64,000 nt of DNA. Source: Camelus ferus. Taxonomy: Eukaryota. Both the position numbers and the translations under genes were made by a program. The stretch is from the NCBI RefSeq assembly GCF_009834535.1, contig NC_045697.1, positions 7,256,001 through 7,320,000 on the forward strand. The letters are read 5' to 3'. The stretch's first letter is position 1. Each line of letters starts with the position of its first letter. A model generated the notes under the pieces. That model was not told where the DNA came from. It searched no databases and saw only the letters and a program-made list of their open reading frames with translations. Below are positions 11,985 to 23,778 of the stretch, piece after piece.

Positions 11985-13500
11985 CACACCCACATATCTG
12001 GCAGCCCCAGCACCCATAGCTCCTGACTTCCTGGGTGTTACCACGGATGTCATCCACAGCCAGTCCCTCCACAGGTACCCAGTGTCCCACCACCAAGTCA
12101 AGGACTTGCTCCAGCCTGTCTCCCTTCCCCCTCCTGCATAGTTAAACGTTCCTGTCTCCATCATTCCTATCAGCATACAAGCCTTCTGCAACATATCTTT
12201 TCTTAAAAACAAAGCAGAACCCAAAACAAAACAAACAACAACAATAACAACAACGAAACGTTCTCCTGACCATATTCTCTCTAACAGATACCAGCCTCTG
12301 CAGTAAAATGTCTTGAAAACATTGTCCTTCCTTCCTGTAATGATTCCTGCTCTTTTTCTTATGCAGCCTTTGCTTCACCTCCCCATCCTCCCGATGCTCT
12401 CAGCGCTAAAACTCATCCAGTGGTCAGTTTGCAAGACACAGCTCTTTGACTTCTCAGCACCATTGGACATAGTCAATCTCTCCCTCTTTATTGAAAATCT
12501 TACCTCATATGGTCTCCCTTCTGTCTCCAGTGGTGGTTCTTCCACAGTTTACTTTGTTCCTCCCCAGCCTGTTGACCCTGCCCACAGTTCCACTCTTGAA
12601 CTTGGGCCTTCTCTTTTCACACTTACTCCCTTGTTGCTCTCATTCATCCATCTAATTTTTTTTAATGCCACCTGGATACTTATGGTGATGAATTATTTAA
12701 GCCTAGCCCCAATTCTAGACTTCTACATCCAACTATCTACTTGAGATTTCTGTGTGGATGTCTAATTGTCAGTTCATACTTATCACTGTCACATTGGACT
12801 CCTGGTCTCTCCTCCATGACTTGCAGTCTTTCCCATCTCAGTTAATGGCAATTCCACCCTTCTGGTGCCCAGGCCAGTCTTTTTGGAATCATTTAGATTC
12901 TTTCTCTCATTTCCCCTCATTTAAATCCTTAGGGAATCCTTTTGATTTCTGTCTTTGAAAGACATATCGAGGGTCTGGTCCTCCCCTCCTCCACTGCTCC
13001 ACCCATTTTTGAGCCACCATCCTCTCCTGCCGGAGTTACTGCAGTCGCCTCTAACTGATCTCCTGGTTTTCATTGATTTCATTTAATTCCTTTCATTTCA
13101 TAACCTGGCCCCCCTACGGGTTATTCTCAGCACTGCACTGCCAGAGGGATGCTTTTAAAGACAACATCACTCACTGCTGAAAAGCCTCCAGTGACTCCTC
13201 ATTTTACACAGAGTAGAAGCCAAAGCCTTTGCAACATCCGAGACTCTATGCGATCTAACTGCCCCGTTACCTTCCTGATCTTATCTTCCTACTATTTCTT
13301 CACTTACTTCCTCCAGACTCCTTGGCCTCCACGTTCCCCAAACTCACCAGGTAGGTTTCCATCTTTGCTTTAGAACTTGGATTCCACTTGGCCCACATAT
13401 CCTCACAGCTACCTTCCTCTCCCCTCCAAGGCTCTGCTCAGATGTCGCCTTCTAATGATCCTGTCATCCACCTACTTAAGATCGAGTTTCCTGTCCTCTC
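11985..13500 (+). mobile_element. L2 LINE (degraded ORF2 plus 3' region)
   Basis: ORF 12313..12744 contains LFDFSAPLDIVNLSLFIENLTSYG and LGPSLFTL, remnants of L2 RT motifs LLDLSAAFDTVDHSLLL and LGPLLFSL; downstream tcccatctcagttaatggcaattcca and gagggatgcttttaaa are L2 hallmarks. Confidence 0.88.
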
Positions 13501-14202
13501 ATCCCAGCCTGCACCTCCTGTTGTTGTGACTCCCGTGGTGGGCTGAACAAAGTCTCCCCAGAGAGTTATTGCTATTCAGGGACTTCCAGGGAAGTGCTTC
13601 TTACACAATGATTTTGCAAGAAACTGTCTGCTGTCTCCAAACCCACTTTGGGGTGCAAGATGACAAATTTAACAGCTTTTAGCTAATATATAAAAGTAAT
13701 GAGGTGATCGGGGAGCACTTCGTACCTGGGAAGCGCTATCTAAATGCCTCGTAAGAATGATATTCAGAGCCGGGCATCCTTTTAAGAGCTGTTACACTTC
13801 GGTCGCTCTCCGGTCGCATTACTCTTGTGAAAAATAATACATTACTCGTCCACCAGAGAACAGGGCATGCAGCCTGTTGGTTGACCAGACAGATTGCTTT
13901 TAAGAGGTGGCAGGACTTCTAAAATCACATTCTTTTCTACCACATTTCTTTTTTTACCATTCTATTTCACCCTGGTAAAGTTTTTGACGATTTTCCACAA
14001 CCAAATTGTTTCTAGACAATCTATTAAATGCAAAGCTGTGCAAGCTCATTGTCTACAGTCTTTTTTCGTTCTTACATATAAACAAATTCACATATCATTT
14101 GTGAGATTTTACAGTCAACAACTGGTTGTGTGTGTGTGCCCACACTGAATGGCTTTTCTATGAGTTACCACACTTCCCTTCACATAGCGTCACCGTCCTC
14201 GG

Positions 14203-14316
14203 GAGCTGACGGGGTCTTTAGGAGCCATTTGGTCCAACCCCCTTATTACAGAGATGAGAAATCCTCCCAGAGCAGTTAAATGACTTGCCCAAGGTCATGC
14301 TAGCTAATGGCAGTGC
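14203..14316 (-). mobile_element. MIR3/MIRc fragment
   Basis: ggtccaacccccttattacagagatgagaaa...gttaaatgacttgcccaaggtca. Confidence 0.75.
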
Positions 14317-14356
14317 TCATGGGTGGTCACCAACTGTCTCTGCAACATGAGAACCC

Positions 14357-14437
14357 TTTTTTTTTTAATTTGCTTTTATTGAAGTACAGTTTGTATTAAC
14401 TTCTGGTGTACAGCATAGTGGTTCAGTTTTATATATT
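14357..14437 (-). mobile_element. Very short L1 3'-end insertion (artiodactyl-type)
   Basis: Poly-T then ttttattgaagtacagt..ttctggtgtacagcatagtggttcagtt. Confidence 0.7.
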
Positions 14438-14654
14438 TGGACCCATTATTTTCTGAGCCTTTTTCCCAGAAAGGTGATAAGGGAGGGCTCAGTGATGATA
14501 GTGACAGTGAAGGTAGAGAAAAGACAACAGATCAGAGAGACATTCAGGAGGATCTGGTTACTCCTCATCATGATGGCTTGAAGCCCTACCTCCCCTCCAG
14601 AAGGATATGATTGACATGATGAAAATAATAATGCTGTGGGGAAACCACGCCGAC

Positions 14655-14660
14655 AGATAC

Positions 14661-14706
<46 letters not shown>
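14655..14706. repeat. (GATA)n microsatellite
   Basis: Direct tandem repeat. Confidence 0.97.
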
Positions 14707-15832
14707 TCTATGAAAGTCTTTTAAGGTTCCTTCTTACCAGGTCTTTGGAAAAAAGGCCAGAGGGATACCCTATGATAGTCTATCTGAAACAATGACAGCA
14801 TTAAAAGGAAAAGTTGGTGGTAGAAATTAGCTTGGGTTCTCATGTGGCAAACTGATGAAGCAGTGGACTCAACACCCCACACCCTGTAGCCATTTGTCCC
14901 TGGCATTCCATCCGGTGGGCCCTTCCTGCTGTGGCTTCGCCACAGTTCTTGCCACAACCTCATTATAAAAAGTTAAGTGTTGTTCTGAGACGGCGTATTT
15001 GCCTACGTCGTCTCTGTAGGATCTTGTTCCTGATTAAAGGGCCTGTTACTGCCAATCCTCCGGGGAGGCGGCTGCCACTGAAGGCGCGATGATCATTTTT
15101 TATGCATCAAGGAAGGCACAAGAAGCTTCAAACCATAATCGTTTCCATAAACATAGACAAGCCGTAAATTGTGACTGATAACAAATTAAACTATGTTCCT
15201 CAGTAATTATATTTTAGAGATTGCGCACCACATACCCAAACACAATTTTAAACTCAGAAAACTGTAATTGCATGCTTAGTGCCTAGCACTCTTTGTAGGT
15301 TTTGCTTTGCATGAGTTAGTCCAAGGAAATTGATTTCCTGGGCACATCACGAGAAGGTTCATGAGGCCATTGGCGTGGCTTTCCCCACAGTATTATAATT
15401 TTCATCATGTTAATCATATTCTTCTGGAGGGGAGGTAAGGCTTCAAGCCATCATGATAAGGATTAACCAGTTACTCTTGAATGTCTCTCTGATCTGTTGT
15501 CTTTTCTCTGGGGCCCTCTCCCATATCTCCTTTCCGGAAAATGTCCACTGCCTCCCGTTGGTCCCTTTGTCTGCAGTCTCACCCTCCATAGCACTGTTAT
15601 AACAAAGTCTATTGACCATGACCTTGAATAAAAAAAAAAAAAATGACATCACAGTCTTACACACCCACGCACACACACACCAGACAGAAAAGAAGTTTCA
15701 CAGTGCGGTATTTATGGCTAGTTTTCTCATCTTTATAGACTGTGAAGGCTTTTTTAGAAGTTGGTGAGATCAGAGCAGCGGGGACTTCCACAGAGATGTC
15801 TGTGGCGGGTCCTGGGACAGGACCCAAGGTGG

Positions 15833-16330
15833 TGTATCAGGGTTTGAGTTCCCGCACAATCAGACCCCTACACAAGAATTCGGGTGTGCAGTTGATTTGG
15901 AGAGAGAATGGGTAAGACAGAGAGGGAGGGGAAGGAGGTGCATTAATAAACAGGCAATGGCCATGGGCAAATGGGGCTCAGTCTTGCTGGCAGCACTCTG
16001 AGAACCTGAAACCTGGAGCCTGAAGCTTGATGACACTGGGACATTTATCCACTGACTCCTACCTTCCGTGGATTAAGAGATTTCCCCTGGAGATGTTACC
16101 ACCTCCCCTCTTCTCTATTTCTTGGTTGCTCCTTTGTGTGTGTGTGTGTTTTTTTAATCACCTTGGTTACAGAGAAGCTCCCAGGCTAAAAGCTGCAGAC
16201 CAGGAGCCATGGATTGCAGGGTCTTGAAGTGTAAAGCTGCCCCTGGGAGGAAAACTCACCTGCCGCCACAGGCGAGCTCAGGTGGGCTAAGTGATGTGGG
16301 GCAGGACATGAACAGCAAGTATTTGTTACA
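15833..16330 (-). mobile_element. ERVL LTR, LTR16-type
   Basis: tgtatcagggtttgagttccc..cagaccc..acaagaattcgggtg..gttgatttgg; ends tgtggggcaggacatgaacagcaagtatttgttaca; related to the element at 6375. Confidence 0.65.
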
Positions 16331-16619
16331 ACTGGGAAACCGTATTATCACAGATCTGCCCCACCGTCTCTGGTGAGTTTTCACTCGTAACCTGCAAGAG
16401 AAAAACCAAACAAGCTTCTTTCTCTGTGCTTCGCCCAAACCCTCTCACATGGGCTCTCGCTCTGTCAGACCCTTGCTGAACCCACAGTGAGCTGAGGACC
16501 GTTTCAGACTCAGCAGGCCGCCTGACCTTAGCTGCCTCACTGCTGTCCAGCGTCACCTCCAACAATTCTGCTTTTGTCTCGTTCTTTGCAGCAGCTGCAC
16601 TTTCCGCTCCACTTGATGC

Positions 16620-17020
16620 TCTAACCATATTGAACTGACTCTGTTGTCCAAGCGTCCTGGCACCTCTCTAGCCCCTGATCTTTACGTGTGGTTTTCCCTC
16701 AGCTTAGAATGCTCTTTCCTTCTCTCCTGCTAACTCCTCCTAACCTTTCAGGTTTCAGCCCAGGCAGTATTTCCTCCAGGAAGCCTTCTCTGACTGCTCA
16801 GGCACTGTCATAGCTCCCTGTAGCTCTCCTATCATATTGCTATCTCTTGGGCTCTGTTTGAGTTGCTCATACACTTACTTGTGTTGCTCAAAATAGATCC
16901 TGCTTGCACCATGATGGTAGTGGCCCCATCTATCTTATGCATCACTGTCACTTCAGCACCTAGGACAGCTTCTGTCCCGTGAAACCTCAGTAAATGATTA
17001 TTAAATGAATAAATTGAATT
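16620..17020 (+). mobile_element. L2 3' region
   Basis: cctccaggaagccttctctgact, cagcacctaggacag, taaatgattattaaatgaataa. Confidence 0.75.
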
Positions 17021-18603
17021 CTCAAGCCCTTAGCCCTATGCCCAGCTAAAGGCACAGTATTTACTTAATGAATAAATACAGGAGACATAGAGAGAGGACC
17101 CACATTCCTGATGAAAGGAGGCTGGCAGGGGTTCCGGGTGGAGGTGAGCAGATCAAATATATAGACACCAGGAGGTAGGGGGCTGTGATGTGTTCAATAT
17201 ATATTTGTTAGACAAGTAAAGAAGTTTGCTGAGGAAACAATGAAAGGTTTGATTTTCTAGGTAGGCTGGAAACAAATTATGGAGAGCCTGAAATACTGGG
17301 CAGAGGCGTTGGGCTGCGTTTTGTCAAAGAGAGTGAGTCACTAGGTAGAGTGGCTACTTGTCTCCAGGACATGGTCCAAATGCATTAGGAGGATGCGATG
17401 AGTCCTCCACGAACTGGCACCTGCTTCCCTCTCTGCCTTACTTTCTTCTACCTTCCTTGTGGCATTTGCTCATCAACACCCTTTTCCCACTTGTTAACAC
17501 CCACACACCCACCCACCCTGTGGCCGAGCTTGTACCTCACATGTAGTTACTTGAACTGCTTTTGCTCTCTCTGGTGAATATCAGTCCATATAGGTCGGCC
17601 CTTGAATGAGGTTAGTGGACAAAAAAGACCCTTGGATTCAAAGGGCATGAAGAAAATGTTAAAAGGTTGGCAAAACACAAAAGAAACTCCTTATTTTGCA
17701 TTTGGGAAATCTCTCCTCCAGTGGTGTACGTTTCAGAGCTTTGTAACACACCCATCACGCTGCATCACGTGGCACCCCGACCTAACTGCGGAAGGAGCAG
17801 GAGGGGCTGGAGGAGCCCTGGCCCAGCCCTCAGAGGACAGCCCCTGCTGCAAGGCTGTTAGCTGAGCTGGCACGCTCCGTGGAACAGATGAGCTTTTGAA
17901 AGATTCAAGTTTGGTTCAAAATTCACAACTCGTGAGTTCCAAATGGCTCTAAATTTGGCTGAATGCATTTTCCTGAGCTGTGTGCCACCAAGCAAGACTC
18001 AGTGACTTCATCGAGTTAGAAAAACAAAGAGTGGTTATTGCCGCTCAGCAGAAATAAACTTGATGAGGACAAGGGGAGTGCATTGCAAATACCACAGCAG
18101 CAGACCCTTAATTTTGTGTATTTTCCACTGAAACAGCTTCCTCTGGCATCGACAACAAAGCCACTCGCTGAAAGAACACCACCAGTTACGGGCTTACTTA
18201 CAAGCGAAGTGGCACTATGTGAGCTATCTTTCAGCTTTGTTGAACAAGCAAATTATATAGTAAATTAAATCACATTTTACTGTTCAGTTGGTGTGGTGCA
18301 AATTAAGAAGTGCACTTTGATTCAACCTTGGTTCTCCTGCATATTTCATAGCCTCGATGTTCCAGTGTCAATATGGGATAATTTAGCAGAGGACTCATGT
18401 CAGTTCTGTTTCTTTGTTGTGTTTACAAGTTCATTGCCAGCAGCCCACTCGGAATAGTGTTGGTCTGATACCAAAATGGCAGACTTTGTTTGGACAGACT
18501 CTTCAGCTTCTGGTTAATTATTTAAGTGAATGATGTCTTCTTCCTTCTTTTTCTTTTTTTTTTTTTTTTTTTGTATCTTCCAAGAAACCTAACCAAAGTC
18601 TCT

Positions 18604-18625
18604 ACACACACACACACACACACAC
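18604..18625. repeat. (CA)n microsatellite near a poly-T tract (about 18541-18572)
   Basis: Direct tandem repeat. Confidence 0.9.
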
Positions 18626-20149
18626 GCATTGTTGCTAAATCTAAAGGAGTATAAAAAGACCGAATTCCTGGAGACAAGTAACTGATCTGCAGGGAAGGAA
18701 GCTAGCTAGAATCCTTCTGGCAACAGGGTAGAATGAAGACCTTGGGTAGGGTCTTGACCAGTATTTCAAGCCCCGTGAAACTGAGGTTCTGTTCCTTAAA
18801 GGAGGTTACAGATGTTACATGAAATTATTTACATTCCAAATAAATTTTCTTTCTCCTCCCTTACCTGAATCTTGCCTTAATTAATGATTCTTTGAAGATT
18901 TGGAAATACCCCCTTTGAGAGTCCTTCCTCTTCACGGAACAAAGTCTGTTTCTGAACAGCAGGTGCGGTTCAATTGGTGTTATTATGGCAAACAGGAAAA
19001 AGGAAAAACTACAGATAACCGTTACCCCAGGATTGTCAGTGTGAAGCCTAATGACACCCTTTATGTATACTTTTCAGTGAAAAGGTCACATGGGTCAGCC
19101 CACATCTTGGCATTTCTGACAAATGGGTCAGTGGAGATGGGAGTGTTAATTTATTTGAATGGATGTGTGGCAACAGTGCTTGGGAAAAAAAAAAAACTGC
19201 TGTGCTGGGATGCTCTGTCACAAAAATAAGACCGAACTGACAAAACCCCAGATCCCCTGCCGGGTACGGCCACAGTCACTCGAGCTCGGTAGTCACCCTG
19301 ATTCTGCCAAGTGTCCCACTTCTGGTGATTGGGAAAGACGTTTAACACTATCCTGGCCTTGGTTTTGCAAACCATTTTCCTAGGGGTCAGTGTGTGCTAC
19401 TTGAATTTTTTTTTTAAATGAAAACTTTCTCCAATATTCCTGGGTTTAGTACTAGCTACTGATAAAGGACACCTCTTTTATTTTATTTTATTTTATATTT
19501 TGTTATATTGCATCACATTTTTTTCTAAATTCATTTTCAGATCTCAACTTTCCTGAAACTTAGTTTTCTAATTCATAAAAGAAAGGTTTTGAACCAGGGT
19601 TTCTAATGACCTGCTGTGGCTTTAGAGACCTAAACTTCTGTGGCAAGAGAAATTTTGTTAAAAGTGTTAAAAAAAAAAAAAAAAAGAGACGACTGGGTCC
19701 ACACCTACTTCCACATTTTATGTTTCACTCCGTCGGAATCACCATGGACAGTTGAACAAAACACGCCTGTCAAGAGAGAGGGAACTCAGTGAAATGTCAA
19801 CACTTAACCTTTCACTGGCCTGCAGACATGGTGATGTCATGTGATTTGCCCTGTGATATTGATTTCATCTTTGTTGCGCATGGTGGGGTGAAGGCATCAC
19901 CTCCAAACGTCAGACAATCCTGCAAGGTGTGTATTCGTCAAGATTCACTCCAATAAAAATGTCTTCTAAGTGTCTCAGTTCCATTCACATGACTCCATCT
20001 CTACCATCCCTTCACGAGTTCAGCCAACAATGGTCTTTTAACTGCTCTGCTGTCATATACTTTGGTCCTTCGCTCATTGATCCAGTACAGCCCGAGGAAC
20101 TAACAAACTATAAACTTAGTTGTGCAGCATGTTCTCTGTTTAAACCCTG

Positions 20150-20680
20150 TCCTCTCTTCCCAGTGCTGGAGGATGAGAAGCAAAGCCCCTAGAAATGGTT
20201 CTCAAGGTTGTCGCTCTGACATCTACCCACTCGCTCTGCCAGGCTCGCTCCATACCTCAGGCCTAACACCAGCCACACCGCCTTCCTCCAGACCTCTGTG
20301 CTCTTCTCCTTTCTCCTGCTCCCAGGTCCTTTCCAAATGCTAGCCCTTTGGACCAGAAATCTCCTCTGTCCCTTGTCATTGACCTCATTCCTAGTTATGT
20401 TTAGGGACTCAGCCCAAGCTGCTCTTTGCCTGGGAACCTTTTGGAACTCTCACACTGGCTTGGAACCCACTTGTGAAAGGTCTTCAGGAACAGCATACTT
20501 TTTAATGTAGCATTTGTCCCACTTGCTTTTTCCTTGTCTGGATAATAACTTAATGGGGCTCATAAGGTCTATGAAGGCAAAACTGAGGTGTGAGGTTGCT
20601 CTCTGCTGTATGTCGGCAGTCAAGTTCACATGCAGGTGAGATGCTCAAGAAGTATCTGTGGAATGAGCGGTGAATGCACA
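20150..20680 (+). mobile_element. L2 3' region
   Basis: cagccacaccgccttcctccag, actcagcccaag, tgctcaagaagtatctgtggaatgag. Confidence 0.65.
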
Positions 20681-21844
20681 AGACATGGTGCATAGAGAGA
20701 GAAGGAATCACTGCTGCTTGGAGAACTCAGGAAAATTGCCTACTAGCTAGGCTTCTCTTTTCGGTCATTTTCAAGGTCATTTCTGCTGTTAACACACGAG
20801 AAGCTTTGACCATCAATAAAGCAGGAACCAGAACTAAAAACCACAGTGAAATACTTCAGGAGAAGCAGAGTTTCCCAAGAATTGCCCTCCTTCTCATCTC
20901 TTATCTCATAATCAGACACCTGGTGGTTTACACAGAATTTGTCCTTCTGCAATTATTTCTACAGCACAAGCACCTCAACATGGTTGGGCTGTTGAGAGTT
21001 AACTCCAGGGAACTCAGAGTCCTGTAAATTCAATAACCTTATCTGTGACTCCTTGGAGAAGAGAAGAGTGGCTTGACCTTAGCAACAGGAAGTTTGAAAA
21101 AGGAAGTTACTTTGTTTTGTTTTGTTTCTTCCAGGGCAGGTATTAAAAAGACTGAAAAATCTGAGTTTGCCCAGTTGTGGTTTGAGGTTTTCTGTGGTTT
21201 GGTCTTAAAATACTACGATGTCTTTGTGAACTTCGGAAGCTCTGGATTCTGACTGGCAGACAGCCGCTTTTCCAACAAGCACAGAGTCAGCCGTATTGAG
21301 CAACATTAACAATGACAAGGAGGAACTTTCATAGCTGGGAAATTCAATATCTGGAAAACACAGTTGCTGTTCATAATAGTAAAAAATAACAAAGTGAGAA
21401 TAAGGACCCCTGTTTTAAAAATAAAAAAAGTTAGGACCAGGGAGGTGAAAAACAATAACAAAAACAACAAAAAACAACACATGAGAGCTGAGAGGCCACC
21501 CAGTGAGTACAGGGACAGCCAGAAAGGGAACTCAGGGCTCCCAGCCCCTCCAGCTTTTCCACATGGTTGTTGTTCCAGCTCAAGACTCCATGTTTTTACT
21601 TAGTTTTTTGTTGTTGTTGTTGTTATTTTTCCAAAGTGCATCTCTCCCAAGTCTAATCACAGCAATTTGTACTTTGGGGGAGCTCAAGGCATTTTTCAAA
21701 TTCATTTTAAAGATAATAATAGCATTAAACGTAACTGCCATTTAGCAAACACTTACTACATGCTTTAGGTATTTTGCATATATCATGTTAGTTACACAGA
21801 CATTTATTGGGTACCTATTATGTTCTGGACACTGAGCATTATAT

Positions 21845-22229
21845 ACTGCATGACTCTTTCCCTCCCCCCTCACCCCTCCACCCTCACTCAGCCCACCAAA
21901 TTCACATGTTGAAGCCCTAGCCCTCAGTGTGATGGTGTTTGGAGGTAGGACTTCTGGAAGGTGATTAGGTCCTGAGGTGGAGCCCCCATGAATGAGATTA
22001 GTGCCCTTATAAGAAGAGGCAATAGAAAGATGATCACTCTCTGTACCATGTGAGGATACAGCAAGAAGTCAGACTTTGCAAACCAGGAAAAGGACCCTCA
22101 CCAGGAATCAGATTGGCTGGTACCTTGATCTGGGACTTCTCAGCCTCCAGAACTCTGAGAAATGAACGGCATTGTTTAAGCTACCAGTCCATGGTGTTTT
22201 TGTCATAGCAGCCTGAGCTGACCAAGACA
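21845..22229 (+). mobile_element. MLT1A-type MaLR solo LTR
   Basis: aaattcacatgttgaagccctagccc, ggtggagcccccatgaatgagattagtgcccttataaga, cagcctccagaact; ends ctgaccaagaca. Confidence 0.9.
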
Positions 22230-22603
22230 CTGGGTTTGCATAATGAACATAGCACAGCGGGTTCATGCAAGGGTTTTAAAGGCTGCTAGTGAGAGGATGT
22301 TCGGGTCTTATTCCTACCACAAGTCAGTGATATGTTTCTTACCGCTCCTCACCTTTGCTCACAATGGAACTCAGGCTCAGGAACGTAGAACACATGGAAT
22401 CAGCGTCCATAGGAAGATGTGACTGATCTGAGGTTTCAGTTCACACCTTTCTGACTCCAAAGCTCTTCTATGTCAGACTGCCTTATCTGGTCATGAATTT
22501 ATCCACGTATTTGAACTTTATGCCAGCCAAAGCCTGCAGAAATTAATGTTACATGGGTTTTGTCCTTGCATCTCACAGTTAATTGGATGAAAGGGTAACT
22601 GAG

Positions 22604-22715
22604 AAGGGTAATCAACATCCCAATTTTTATGGGTCTGAGGGTTTTCCTGGGACATGAAAACCATGTGCTAAAACCAGGAAAGTCCCAGGCAAACTAGGAC
22701 AGCAAACAATTAGGA
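22604..22715 (+). mobile_element. MER81-like hAT-Blackjack MITE
   Basis: agggtaatcaacatccc..ctgagggttttcctgggaca..gtgctaaaaccaggaaagtcccaggcaaactaggac. Confidence 0.75.
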
Positions 22716-23585
22716 GAACAAAGAGAAAAGAGGGAATTAGAAAGATCTGAGTGCTCCAGACCAGAAGGGACCTGGTGTGCTTTGTAACAGCACGCCATAA
22801 AATCAATTTCATCCTGAAGGGCAAAAGAAGGCTTTGCAGTATTATCAGTGGTATATCCATAACTGAGCATTCATCAGACTCCAAAAAGAAACGTGTTTCT
22901 TCCTCATGGGAAAATTCTAATTTATCGCCAGGTGTGCTATTAACAGCACCAGAGGAAGAACTTCCCTTCCTTATTTCAACTTTGAGGCGTCGGACTGCAG
23001 AGATGAATGGAGTGCGTCGTTGTTTCTGTGTCATTGTGAGGACAGACTGAAGGGGGAAGACTAGAGATGGAGAGCTGGTGAATAATAATATTTCAAGGTT
23101 TTTAAGTGGAACTGCAACTGTTCTTCCTTCAACCTACATCACTTTCTTAAACACTATGGGCTTAGTGCTGTGAAAACAGCATGAAGATGTATTCCCTGGT
23201 CTCGGGTGCAGACCAGCGAATATACTAGGATGTAATGAATAATTACAAAGTAGAGTGGTAGGTGCTAAAAGAGAATCAGCGTTCACGGAGTGCCTGCCGT
23301 ATACGCAGCTCTGCATGTCACACAGTGCACAGCCTCACACTGATCCTCAGGGGACTGACATTAGCTGGGAAGCAACTTCTCTTGATTTTCTTGTATAAAC
23401 CAGAGAAGGACACAAATGGCACGCAGCCGTAAGTAGTGAGTTGATCAAGGTCTCCCTGCACAATAATTTTTTTTTATCATATAATATGTTTACACTTAGA
23501 AGTCTAATAACCAAATGGCAAGTTCATGACCTCCAGCACTAGATAGTGCAACTGATGGCTTGATTTTGCTTAGTGACCAGAAAAG

Positions 23586-23701
23586 TTTTCTTTCCTTCTT
23601 CCTTTCTTTTTTTCTTTTCTTTTCCTTCCATCCTTCCATCCTTCCTTCCTTCCTTTCCTTCCTTCCTTCCTTCCTTCCTTCCTTCCTTCCTTCCTTCCTT
23701 C

Positions 23702-23771
<70 letters not shown>

Positions 23772-23778
23772 ATCTTTC
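23586..23778. repeat. Compound (TTCC)n(TTTC)n polypyrimidine microsatellite, about 190 bp
   Basis: Direct tandem repeat; explains the SFL- and ERKK-repeat ORFs. Confidence 0.98.

Noticed and set aside
12313..12744. 143-aa ORF with RT-like motifs
   Set aside because: Remnant of L2 ORF2; catalytic motifs are degraded, so not a functional or domesticated gene
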